The notes beneath the pieces were generated by a model that worked only from the letters and a program-made list of their open reading frames with translations, searched no databases and was not told where the DNA came from. This document shows positions 37,345-46,846 of a stretch of 64,000 bases of DNA, in pieces. Source of the DNA: Verrucomicrobiota bacterium (GTDB lineage Bacteria; Verrucomicrobiota; Verrucomicrobiia; Verrucomicrobiales; Akkermansiaceae); NCBI GenBank assembly GCA_040388015.1, contig JAZKCQ010000025.1:8170-72169 (forward strand), in the 5' to 3' direction. Numbering within the stretch: the first letter of the stretch is position 1; every line of letters starts with the position of its first letter. Position numbers and translations under genes: made by a program.

Positions 37345-39993
37345 ATGGCTTCTCCATCCAATCCGCCCGACCCCAAGGTTGTCATACCCGAAGCCCTCCG
37401 GCTCCAGTTGGACGACTTCCGGCGTCACCTGTGGCGGGTGAAAATCATGGAAGCCGTCGCCGCCGGGGTGATCGGGCTGCTGGTTTCGTTCCTGTTGGTT
37501 TATGGGCTGGATCGTATTTGGCAAACGCCGGGCTGGGTGCGGTTGGGAATCCTGCTCGCGGGAATTTCACTGTTCACGGTTTTCGCGCCATTCTGGCTGC
37601 ACCGCTGGGTGTGGGGGCAGCGCCGGGAAACCCAGCTGGCGCGGTTGATCGCCAAGCGCTATCCGGGGCTGGGCGACCGGCTTCTGGGCGTCATCGAACT
37701 TCAGAATCAGGAAGGAAATGCCGATTCGCTTTCACCAAGGCTGCGCGAGGCGGCGATGGAGGCCGTGGCTGCCGAAACAGGAAAGCGCAAGCTCGACGAA
37801 GCGCTTCCACCACAGAGGCACCGGCGCTGGGCACTGGCGGCTTTGGGCCTCGCGGGAATTTCCGCCGCGGCTTTCACGCTGACGCCGCGGGCGGGATTCA
37901 ATGCCTTGCAACGCTGGCTGATGCCGCTTTCGAAAACCGAGCGCTACACCTTCACCAAGCTGGACAGTCCGCCGGTCTATCAGGCGGTGGCGTTCGGTGA
38001 GGCGTTCGAAATCACGCTGAAGCTTTCCAATGACTCCGAGCAGCGCCCGGCGAAGGCATCCGGTCGCTACGGCTTGCAAACCGCGGTGGAGACCTTGCTC
38101 CGCAAAGACAGCTACCGCTTCACGTTTCCAGGCCAGCAGGATCCGGGCACCTTGGTATTTCACGTCGGCGATCTGCGACATGAGGTCCGCATCGAGCCGG
38201 TCCAGCGTCCGGGCATGGAATCGGTGGCAGCGGTCATCACCTCGCCATCCTACCTCGGCATTCCTGAAAAAACCGTGGACCTGAACAGCGGCGTCGCCAG
38301 CGCGGTGGAGGGCAGCAGAATCCGCATCGATCTGACCACGAACCGCCAGCTTGCTTCTGCCGCCTTCGGGCCGACGCGCACGCAGACCATCGAGGAGCCG
38401 AAGGAAAACGCCTCGGCTTATGTGCCGGTCCAGGGAGCGCTTGAAATCTCCGGGTTGGTGGCGAAGACGCCCGAACTGGAAGTGGGCGCGGTTCCTTTTG
38501 AAATTCCGTTCATCTGGAAGGACAAGTTGGGACTGGTCGGCGAATCCGGATTCAAGCTGCGGATCGACGCGCTGAAGGACGCCGCACCAACCTGTTATCT
38601 GCAGGGCATCGATCGCCAGAAAGTGATGCTGCCGGAGGAAACCGTGGATTTTGAAGTGCTGGCTGAGGATGATTTCGGTGTGAAACAAACGGGCATCGAG
38701 TGGTCCGGCCAATTCACCCGGCCGACCGACGAGCGCCCGGCCAAGGGCGAGATCAAGCTGCGCGACGGTTCGTCAGAAGAGCGGCGGATCGGGGCTCCCG
38801 CGTCATTTTCGCCCGCCGCATTCGGCATCGTGCCGCAGAAGATCACGCTGCGGGGTTACACCGAGGATTATTTCCCGAAGCGCGGCCGGGTTTACTCCGA
38901 GCCGGTGGTGCTTTACGTCCTGACCCGCGACGAGCATGCGCAGATGTTGAAAAGCAGGTTCGACCGGACGCTCACCGAGTTCGAGGACCTGGCGCGCCGC
39001 GAGCAGGACCTGCTGGATGAGAACCAGCGGCTCGAACGTTTGGACGGGGAGGATCTCCAGAAGGAGGAAAACGCGCAGCGGTTGGAAAAACAGCAGCAGG
39101 AGGAAGCCGAGAGCGAGCGCCGGATGAAAGATCTGACGGAACGTATGGAAAGCCTGATGAAGGACGCCGCGCGCAACGGCGACATCGAGAAGGACACGCT
39201 GAAGAAAATGGCGGAGTCGCTCAAGTCGATGCAGGAGCTTTCCCAGCAGGATCTGCCGAAGGTAGAGGACAAGTTAGGCGATTCGCAGGAGCAGTCGAAT
39301 ACGCCCGAAAAGACTCAGAAGGACGTGGCGAAAGCCGTCGAGGAGCAGAAGAAGGCACTTGAAAAAATGCAGGATGCCATCGCCAAGGCGAACGAGGCGA
39401 ACCGCCAGTTCGAGGCCGGGACCTTCGTCAACCGCCTGAAAAAAGCGGCGGGCGAGCAGAACGGCATCGCGAGTTCGCTGATCGATGCCTATGAGCGGAT
39501 TCTCGGGATGAAAAGTTCGAAACTGGATCCATCCGACCAGCGCCGTCTGAACGAGGCCACCGGCCAGCAGGCGAACACCGCGTCCGACGTGCGCTGGCTT
39601 CAGGAAGATCTCGGCAACTATTTCGCCCGCACCAAGACCGAATCGTTCAAGGAGATCCTCGACGAGATGCGGGATTCACAGATCGACATCGGCCTGGAAA
39701 AAACACGCTCGTTGCTCGCATCGAACCACTCTTACATCGCCACCGAGAATTCGAAAAAATGGGCCGACAAGCTCACCGAATGGGCGAAGAAGCTGGAAGG
39801 CGAAAAGGACAAGGACGACGCGAACGGTGGTGGCGGCGAGGGTGGGAAAAATCCCGAAGATGAGGACTTTGAATTCATGCTGCGTGTGATGAAATTGATC
39901 CAGCAGGAACAGGACATCCGCTCCCAGACCCGTGCGCTGGAGCAACTCCGCCGCACCAGCGAAAACACCGACCCGAATTCCAACGACCCATGA
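37345..39993 (+). CDS. Large membrane-anchored coiled-coil protein (DUF4175-like)
   Basis: Three N-terminal TM segments, LGDRL, Ig-like middle with AEDDFGV, long Q/E/K-rich helical C-terminus. Confidence 0.78.
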   Translation: MASPSNPPDPKVVIPEALRLQLDDFRRHLWRVKIMEAVAAGVIGLLVSFLLVYGLDRIWQTPGWVRLGILLAGISLFTVFAPFWLHRWVWGQRRETQLARLIAKRYPGLGDRLLGVIELQNQEGNADSLSPRLREAAMEAVAAETGKRKLDEALPPQRHRRWALAALGLAGISAAAFTLTPRAGFNALQRWLMPLSKTERYTFTKLDSPPVYQAVAFGEAFEITLKLSNDSEQRPAKASGRYGLQTAVETLLRKDSYRFTFPGQQDPGTLVFHVGDLRHEVRIEPVQRPGMESVAAVITSPSYLGIPEKTVDLNSGVASAVEGSRIRIDLTTNRQLASAAFGPTRTQTIEEPKENASAYVPVQGALEISGLVAKTPELEVGAVPFEIPFIWKDKLGLVGESGFKLRIDALKDAAPTCYLQGIDRQKVMLPEETVDFEVLAEDDFGVKQTGIEWSGQFTRPTDERPAKGEIKLRDGSSEERRIGAPASFSPAAFGIVPQKITLRGYTEDYFPKRGRVYSEPVVLYVLTRDEHAQMLKSRFDRTLTEFEDLARREQDLLDENQRLERLDGEDLQKEENAQRLEKQQQEEAESERRMKDLTERMESLMKDAARNGDIEKDTLKKMAESLKSMQELSQQDLPKVEDKLGDSQEQSNTPEKTQKDVAKAVEEQKKALEKMQDAIAKANEANRQFEAGTFVNRLKKAAGEQNGIASSLIDAYERILGMKSSKLDPSDQRRLNEATGQQANTASDVRWLQEDLGNYFARTKTESFKEILDEMRDSQIDIGLEKTRSLLASNHSYIATENSKKWADKLTEWAKKLEGEKDKDDANGGGGEGGKNPEDEDFEFMLRVMKLIQQEQDIRSQTRALEQLRRTSENTDPNSNDP

Positions 39994-40616
39994 AACGTCT
40001 CGTCACCGCCGCCGGTTTGTTTCTGTTGATGCCGATGATCGCGTCAGCCGATGAGAAATCCCAGGAAGCCACGCTTGCCAAACATCGCGAAGGTTCCGGT
40101 AAAGTGGCGGATAAGCAGGATGAGCTTTCCGCGGATGTCCAGCAGCTCGTCATCGAGCAGACCGTTCCGCAGGTGATCGAGCTTCTGGGAGAGGTTGAAA
40201 AGATCATGGACGAGGCCACCGACAAACTGGCCGATTCCGACACCGGCGGAACGACGATCGCCGCACAGACAGAGATCATCGAAAAGATCCACGCGGCGGC
40301 CAAGGAGAAGCAGAAGCAGCAGGGAGGCGGCCAGTCGGGCGGCGCCATGATGGACATGATGGAGCGGATGATGGGCAAAAAGCCGGAAGGGGATCAAAAA
40401 GGGAAAGGCAAGGACGGTCAACCCGGCAACGAAGGAGGCAATGGCGTGTCCGGCCTTTCCGATGCCTCGAACGGGGCGACCACCGGCGACGCCGGAGGAA
40501 AAAGCGAGGTCCGCCGCATTCCCAAGGCCAGCGGTGGCTCTGGCCACGTCCTGCCGGAGGAATTCCGCAAAGCCCTCGATGCCTACAACCGTGGCGCCGA
40601 GCAAAAGGTGAAGTGA
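39990..40616 (+). CDS. Exported coiled-coil/Gly-rich hypothetical protein
   Basis: Signal peptide, ATGA overlap with the upstream gene, LPEEFRKALDAY C-terminus. Confidence 0.78.
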   Translation: MKRLVTAAGLFLLMPMIASADEKSQEATLAKHREGSGKVADKQDELSADVQQLVIEQTVPQVIELLGEVEKIMDEATDKLADSDTGGTTIAAQTEIIEKIHAAAKEKQKQQGGGQSGGAMMDMMERMMGKKPEGDQKGKGKDGQPGNEGGNGVSGLSDASNGATTGDAGGKSEVRRIPKASGGSGHVLPEEFRKALDAYNRGAEQKVK

Positions 40617-40620
40617 TCGT

Positions 40621-41634
40621 ATGAAGCAATTTTTGACAGTTTCACCGATGCCGAAGCGCCTGCTGATTTCGCTGGCGGCTCTCGCGTCAACCACCGTGGC
40701 GTTTTCGCAAGAACTGCCGGGCCGTGAAGATTCGATACCGGCGCAGGCAGAGCTGATGTACGAACGGGGTTTGCAGTACCTGGCGAAAACGCAGAACGAG
40801 CAAGGCGCTTGGAACGACAGCGTCGGCTCGGAGCCGGGCGTGGTCGGTCTGTGCGTCGCGGCGTTTCTGGCCCACGGCGAGGATGCGAACAACGGCCGCT
40901 ATTCAAAAAACATCCGCTTGGGCATCGATTACATCCTTTCCCAGCAGAATGAGAAGAACGGCTACATCGGCTCAAGCATGTACAACCACGGTTTCGCGAC
41001 CAAGGCCCTCGCGGAATCCTATGGCGTGCTGGACAACCCGAAGATCGCTCCGGCATTGAAAAAAGCCGTCGATCTGATCATCAGCGCGCAGAAGCGCAAC
41101 CGCTTCGGCGCCTGGCGCTACACCCCGGAAAGCCGGGACGCGGACACCACGGTGACCGGCTGCCAGATGGTCACCTTGTTCGCTGCCAGAAACGCGGGCA
41201 TCGGCGTCCCGGACGACGTGATCAAGAAGGGGCTCGCCTACCTCGCGACCTGCCGGGGCAAGGATGGCGACTATGGATACACCTCCGCCTCCGGGGGGAA
41301 ACCCACGCTGACGGCCATCGGCTCGCTCTGCCTCTCGCTGGCCAAGGAACGGGATTCGAAAGGCTATCAGGCCAGCCTTGCCTATCTGAAAAAGAACATC
41401 GACTACCGCGACCGCTACTATCCGTATTATTACGAATACTACATGGCGCAGGCCCTGTTCCACGCGGATGAATCCATCTGGAAGGAATGGAACGCCCGGA
41501 ACATCCGCTACATGGGCACCATCCAGTCCCAGGACGGGTCGTTTCCCGGAAACCAGGGCGGATCATTCAACACCTCGGGCGCGCTGCTGTCACTGGCCCT
41601 GAATTACCGGTTCCTACCGATCTACGAAAAATGA
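40621..41634 (+). CDS. Prenyltransferase/squalene cyclase (QW-repeat) alpha/alpha barrel protein, exported
   Basis: GLQYLAKTQNEQGAW, MYNHGFAT.AL, GAWRY.P...DADTTVT and QSQDGSF repeats. Confidence 0.87.
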   Translation: MKQFLTVSPMPKRLLISLAALASTTVAFSQELPGREDSIPAQAELMYERGLQYLAKTQNEQGAWNDSVGSEPGVVGLCVAAFLAHGEDANNGRYSKNIRLGIDYILSQQNEKNGYIGSSMYNHGFATKALAESYGVLDNPKIAPALKKAVDLIISAQKRNRFGAWRYTPESRDADTTVTGCQMVTLFAARNAGIGVPDDVIKKGLAYLATCRGKDGDYGYTSASGGKPTLTAIGSLCLSLAKERDSKGYQASLAYLKKNIDYRDRYYPYYYEYYMAQALFHADESIWKEWNARNIRYMGTIQSQDGSFPGNQGGSFNTSGALLSLALNYRFLPIYEK

Positions 41635-43151
41635 TCCGCAAGCTCGTCATTTCATGGATGTCCGGGGTGATGGTTCTGGCCGCGGCCGAATCACCGGATC
41701 TCCTGCGCTTTTCCAACGGGGACCAGCTGCACGGCACCTTCCAAGGCATCAAGGACGGGCCGCAGGCGGTCTGGCTGCGAGACGATGTCGCCGCCCCGGT
41801 GGATTTCAAAACCGAGCAGCTGCGTCACATCGTTCTGCACGGCGGCAGGCCGCTGAGATCGCTTGCCTCGCTTTCCAATGTCGCCCTGGTGAACGGCGAC
41901 CGTGTTCCGGGAACACTTGTCGAGATGAACGATGAGGCGATCACCCTCGACACCCCCTATGCCGGAGCGGTGAGGATCCCGAGGGATCAGGTGGCGATGC
42001 TCGCGCCGAGTCCGTTAGGTGGTCGGCTTCACTATCACGGTCCGTTCATCGAGGATGAATGGAAGATGGCGAACGCGTCGTTCCCGGACGGCATGCCGTC
42101 TCCTCCCGCCGGAAAGGATGGCGAGAAGAATGCCAAGGACCAGCCCGGCCGCTGGGTCTTTTCCGGCTCCGCATGGTATTGGCCCAGCAAGCTTTCTGGC
42201 ACCGCACTGCTGCGGGAAAAAGCGATGCCGGATCGCTCGATCCTGCGCTTCGATCTCGCGTGGAAAAACCGGCTGTCCATCGCCATCGGCTTTCATGCCG
42301 ATTTTGTGAAACCGAAACAACCCGAGGGAGCGGCGAAGGACCAGGATGTCCAACAACGCAGGCCACAGGGGTTCGCACCAGGAGACTCCAGCATCCTGCC
42401 GGTGATGTTCGGCAACAGCTACGTGCTGCAGATTTTCTCCACCCACATGATGCTCTTCCGCACTTCCGTGAACGACGACGGCGGTCCGGCGGTCGAACGG
42501 GTTCAGATCAACGGTAATTCGATCCGCCTCGGCGACACCGGCAGGGCCACCATGGAAATCCGGAGCAACCGGCTGACCGGCGAAATCTCGCTCTTCATCA
42601 ACGGCGAATTCGTCGTCCAATGGAGCGAAGGCGGAAGCGGTCAGGATGACCGGAGCCGCTACGCCGGGAAAGGCAATGGCTTCGGCTTCGTGGTGCAGAC
42701 CGAGGATTCTCCGGTGAAAATTTCAGACGTCATGGTCGGCGAGTGGAACGGCATGCCGGACTCGGCACGCAGCCTTCAGACGGACGAACAGGACATCGTC
42801 CTTCTGACCAACGGTACCGATCGGTTTTCCGGAAAAGTCGGTGAGTTCAAGGATGGCAAGGTCGCCTTTGATGGCAAATACGGCCGCTTCCAGTTCCAAC
42901 TGGACGACGTCGCCGAGATCCGCTTCGCCCGCAACCGGCTCGCCAAGGAGACGGATCCCGCCGCGGACAACCTCATCGTCCGCCTCAGTCCGTTAGGCAG
43001 GATCTCCGGCCGGCCTCTGTCGGGAAATGCCAATTCCATCCGCATCCTCAACCCGATCTGCGGAGAAATGAACCTTACGCTGGAATCCGCGGTGATGCTC
43101 GATTTCCAAAACTCAAACACCATCATCGATGACTGGGATGCGGAATTCTGA
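41631..43151 (+). CDS. Exported hypothetical protein, 'NGD' repeat paralog 1
   Basis: Signal peptide; FSNGDQLHG, LVNGDRVPG and LTNGTDRFSG repeats; ATGA coupling. Confidence 0.8.
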   Translation: MIRKLVISWMSGVMVLAAAESPDLLRFSNGDQLHGTFQGIKDGPQAVWLRDDVAAPVDFKTEQLRHIVLHGGRPLRSLASLSNVALVNGDRVPGTLVEMNDEAITLDTPYAGAVRIPRDQVAMLAPSPLGGRLHYHGPFIEDEWKMANASFPDGMPSPPAGKDGEKNAKDQPGRWVFSGSAWYWPSKLSGTALLREKAMPDRSILRFDLAWKNRLSIAIGFHADFVKPKQPEGAAKDQDVQQRRPQGFAPGDSSILPVMFGNSYVLQIFSTHMMLFRTSVNDDGGPAVERVQINGNSIRLGDTGRATMEIRSNRLTGEISLFINGEFVVQWSEGGSGQDDRSRYAGKGNGFGFVVQTEDSPVKISDVMVGEWNGMPDSARSLQTDEQDIVLLTNGTDRFSGKVGEFKDGKVAFDGKYGRFQFQLDDVAEIRFARNRLAKETDPAADNLIVRLSPLGRISGRPLSGNANSIRILNPICGEMNLTLESAVMLDFQNSNTIIDDWDAEF

Positions 43152-44484
43152 AGCGGGTGTCTGGCTGACGCTCATCCTTTCGTGCGGCTCGCTTGGCGTG
43201 CTCCGGGCGGATGATCTCACACTCACCGACGACGCGCGTCTGACCGGTGTCGTTCGTTCGATCAACGAAGCCGGCGTGCTGGAGCTCGCCTCCGCGCTGT
43301 CTCCGGCCCCTCTCTTGCTGAAGCCGGGAGCGGTCACCAAAGTGGAATTCAGCGCTCCGGCATCGGAATCTGAGACTCCAAGCGTGCTCATCGAGCTGAC
43401 CAATGGCGACGTGCTTCCGGCGACGGTCGAGAGTCTGGACGACAAGACGCTCAACATCGGCACCACCGACGCCGGGCGTTTGACCATTCCCCGTGCCGCT
43501 TTGAAATCAATGCAGTTCGGCGTCCACAAGCGGAAGGTTGTTTACACCGGTCCGAAGAACCTGACCGAGTGGGCGCACGACGGCGAGGGGGCCAAAAACT
43601 GGACCTTCGCGAACAAGTCGCTGGCTGCCAACGGCCCGGCCTATGCCTCGAAGCATTTCGAAGTTCCCCGGCAGTTTGTTCTCAAGTTCACTCTCAAATG
43701 GCAGGCGAATCCGAGTTTCCGCATCTATTTCGCGGACCCGCTGGATTCGAATGCGGATGAAGTGGATCGCTATTACATGCAGTTCAACGGGGCAGGACTG
43801 GAGATCAAACGCGAGTCCACCAAGGGTCAGCATTTCCAATCGGTGATCCTCTCGCCGCGCACTCCGGATGAATTTCCGGAGAACCGGGTCGATGTGGAAA
43901 TCCGTGTGGATCGCAAGACCTCCCGGATCCATCTGTTTCTCGATGGCGAGCCCGATGCGGCGGGTGTGGATCCGGTCCCGGAACCTCCCGAAGGAAACGG
44001 AGTGACCTTGGTCAACAGTTCCCCCGCCGGATCGACCCAGGAAATCCGCAGCATCGAGATCCATGAATTCGACAATTCGAGAGCGCGGCACCGTTCGGAA
44101 AATCGTGGTGATCCCAAGACCGACAGCCTCATCAGCAGCGACGACGAACGCTGGGGAGGGAGCCTGACCCGGATTCAGAAGGGAGCCGATGGTGCGGTGT
44201 TCTCCTTCAAGAGCGATTTCCAGGAAGAGCCGTTGGAACTCTTGGAGAAGGATGTTTCCACGATTTTCTTCGCCCAGCCCGATCAGAAGGCCGCGCCCGC
44301 CTCCGATCATCCGTTCTCGCTCCACCTCAGGGACGACGGGCGGCTCAGCGTCTCATCCTGCGTGTTTGCCGAAGACTCGATCATCACCAGGCATCCTTTG
44401 TTAGGTGATCTGAAAATCAACCGGACCGGCATCTCCGCACTGGAGCGCACCGGTTCCCCACCCGCCGCCAAGAAGGAAGAATGA
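43138..44484 (+). CDS. Exported hypothetical protein, 'NGD' repeat paralog 2
   Basis: Signal peptide; LTDDARLTG, LTNGDVLPA and YTGP..L..W motifs. Confidence 0.8.
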   Translation: MRNSEAGVWLTLILSCGSLGVLRADDLTLTDDARLTGVVRSINEAGVLELASALSPAPLLLKPGAVTKVEFSAPASESETPSVLIELTNGDVLPATVESLDDKTLNIGTTDAGRLTIPRAALKSMQFGVHKRKVVYTGPKNLTEWAHDGEGAKNWTFANKSLAANGPAYASKHFEVPRQFVLKFTLKWQANPSFRIYFADPLDSNADEVDRYYMQFNGAGLEIKRESTKGQHFQSVILSPRTPDEFPENRVDVEIRVDRKTSRIHLFLDGEPDAAGVDPVPEPPEGNGVTLVNSSPAGSTQEIRSIEIHEFDNSRARHRSENRGDPKTDSLISSDDERWGGSLTRIQKGADGAVFSFKSDFQEEPLELLEKDVSTIFFAQPDQKAAPASDHPFSLHLRDDGRLSVSSCVFAEDSIITRHPLLGDLKINRTGISALERTGSPPAAKKEE

Positions 44485-45881
44485 AGCGCTCTCCGGCAAT
44501 CCTGTTGGCATGTTCCTCCCTCTTCTTCTCCGCCGCGGCGGACGAGGCGAAATCGACCGTTCGGTTCTCGAACAACGACCGGCTTTCCGGCTCCATGGAG
44601 TCTCTCACCCCCGAAACGCTTTTTTGGAAATCGCCGATTCTCGAAAAACCCGCGCCGTTTCTGCTGAAGAGCGTCCTCGATCTGACGAGGTCGGCCGAAC
44701 AACCGGAGGTCAGGGCACGCCACGAGGCATCGGTCACGCTGACCAATGGCGACCAGCTCCGCGGGCAGCTGGTCTCGGCAAGCGACGACATCGTGGAACT
44801 CGACACATGGTTCGCCGGACTCATGAAATTCAACCGCCTGATGATCGCGGACATCAGGATCTCCGAACGTCCGGATTTCATCTATCGGGGACCCACCGGA
44901 CTGGACGGCTGGAAGCAGTCCGGCGAGAAGCCAGCGTGGTCCTATCAAAACTCGGCGTTCCGTTCGAGCGGGGCGGGAAGCATTGCCAGAGATGTGAAGC
45001 TTCCCGACGAATGCACCATCGCCTTCGACGCCGCGTGGCGAAATTCGTTCGGACTGGAGCTGGGATTCTTCTCGGACGATCTCACCAACGAGCGTCCCAA
45101 CACCGGCTATGTGATCCGTTTCCAGCAGCGTTCGGTATCGCTCCGCAGTTGCAACAGGGCGGCGCCGAGAAGTCTCGGCAGCACGGTGAACGCGCTTTCG
45201 CTTCAGGAAAACGAGAAGGCGCACATCGAGATCCGCGCGAGCCTGAAATCCGGCAAGTTCTGTCTGTTTGTCGATGGCCACATCATCGATGTCTGGACGG
45301 ATCCCGACGTCGCGAAAAACCCGGTCGGACGCGGCATCCATTTCATCACGTCGAACGCGTCACCCGTGCAGATCTCACAGATCGAAGTCGGGGTGTGGGA
45401 CGGTGAGTTGGAGCAGCTTCCCGATCCGCAGGGACCTAACGGAATTCCCGGCGTGGGGATGCCGGGCGAGCAGGAAATGGACGACGAGGAGCAATCGGCT
45501 CCTCAGGAGAAGCCGAAGGTCGGACGGATGGAGCTTCGCAATGGTGACAACATCGCCGGCGAGGTCGTTTCCATCGTGGATGGCATGATCACGGTGAAAA
45601 CGCCGTTCCGCGACGTGAGGCTGCCGATCGAGTCCCTGCGTTCGCTTTCTCTGAAACAAGCCGATCTCGAACGCTGCAAGCGCGAGAATGGCGACGTCCG
45701 GGGCTGGTTTCCCGACGGCTCTTCAGTGGTGTTCCGGCTGGATGCGGTGAACGGGGACAGCCTTTCCGGCTACAGTCAGAACTTCGGCACAGCGGGTTTC
45801 AAGATCTCCTCGTTCAGCCGCATCGAGTTCAATATCTACGATCCCGAGTTAGAGGACATCCGGGCGGCCGGCGGTTGGTGA
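44481..45881 (+). CDS. Exported hypothetical protein, 'NGD' repeat paralog 3
   Basis: Signal peptide; FSNNDRLSG, LTNGDQLRG, LRNGDNIAG and YRGP..L..W motifs. Confidence 0.8.
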   Translation: MKRSPAILLACSSLFFSAAADEAKSTVRFSNNDRLSGSMESLTPETLFWKSPILEKPAPFLLKSVLDLTRSAEQPEVRARHEASVTLTNGDQLRGQLVSASDDIVELDTWFAGLMKFNRLMIADIRISERPDFIYRGPTGLDGWKQSGEKPAWSYQNSAFRSSGAGSIARDVKLPDECTIAFDAAWRNSFGLELGFFSDDLTNERPNTGYVIRFQQRSVSLRSCNRAAPRSLGSTVNALSLQENEKAHIEIRASLKSGKFCLFVDGHIIDVWTDPDVAKNPVGRGIHFITSNASPVQISQIEVGVWDGELEQLPDPQGPNGIPGVGMPGEQEMDDEEQSAPQEKPKVGRMELRNGDNIAGEVVSIVDGMITVKTPFRDVRLPIESLRSLSLKQADLERCKRENGDVRGWFPDGSSVVFRLDAVNGDSLSGYSQNFGTAGFKISSFSRIEFNIYDPELEDIRAAGGW

Positions 45882-46040
45882 GGTGCCTGGATCCGATGTA
45901 TCGGCAGCGGCTTCTCGTTTCTTGTCGGCGGCCTCGCGGCATTGCGCGCAACTGCCATTGCAGGATCGGAGCGACGGAATCGCCTCGGCGGGAGATGGAA
46001 CGGAGTCGTCGGGTGTTTGGCACATGGCGTGGACGATAGC

Positions 46041-46062
46041 GGGCGGGTGACCCGGCCGCTAC
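46041..46062. repeat. Possible REP-like element
   Basis: Minus strand GTAGCGGCCGGGTCACCCGCCC: GTAG foot plus a short hairpin in a convergent intergenic gap. Confidence 0.35.
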
Positions 46063-46112
46063 GCACCGATTCAGATACGCTGTGCAAATCCGGTCATGAG
46101 ATCCGGCCGCGC

Positions 46113-46769
46113 TTAGGGTTTCGCCGCGAGTTCCTTTTCCGCAGCTTCGGCGATGCCTGACATCGGGCGGCCCTTGTGGTCGGTCGAGTCCCTGTATTTT
46201 GTCTTCAGCTCTGCAAGCAGCTTGGCCGCCTTGTCCTTTTCCCCGTTCTGCCAGAGCGTCAGCGCGAGCACGAGCCGCCCGTAGCCGCCGACCTGGCAGC
46301 CATCGAGGTAATAACAGTCGCTGAATTTTTCGACCGCCCGCGTGAGATATTCGATCCGCTCCCTGCCCTCGCTCATCTGGCCCATGTAGAGCGTGGCGCA
46401 GCCGGTGCGGTTCGACTTGTCATACTTGTCCAGGAGCTTCTTCAGGCTCGCGCGGGCTTCGTCGCTGCGCCAGTTCCGGTTGGCCACTTGATAGAGGGTC
46501 TCGATGTCCGCCAGTTCCTCCGGCTTGTAGTGGCGGCTGTCCTCGGAAGCCCGGTTGCGGGCCTTGGTTTTATTGTCCTCGCGGAGCCGTTCCAGTTTCT
46601 TTTCCGAACCCGCCTTGCTCTCGAGTTCTGAAACGCGGGCCTCAAGCGTGGCGACTTTTTCCTTCAGCGCGGCGGGATCGTCCTGCGCACCGAGGTGGGA
46701 AATCCCCGCTGCGGACGCGAGGGCGAGTACGGCGGTCATGCCCCGGAGGGCGGTAGGGTTGGCTTTCAT
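46113..46769 (-). CDS. Exported TPR-like helical protein
   Basis: Signal peptide, coiled coil and TPR-like helices with three Cys. Confidence 0.75.
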   Translation of the reverse strand: MKANPTALRGMTAVLALASAAGISHLGAQDDPAALKEKVATLEARVSELESKAGSEKKLERLREDNKTKARNRASEDSRHYKPEELADIETLYQVANRNWRSDEARASLKKLLDKYDKSNRTGCATLYMGQMSEGRERIEYLTRAVEKFSDCYYLDGCQVGGYGRLVLALTLWQNGEKDKAAKLLAELKTKYRDSTDHKGRPMSGIAEAAEKELAAKP

Positions 46770-46846
46770 GGATTTAATGGAGACAGAGGAAAAATCTGTC
46801 GACCGAAGCAATGGACTTTCGAGCCGGCGTGAAAATTCACGGGAAT

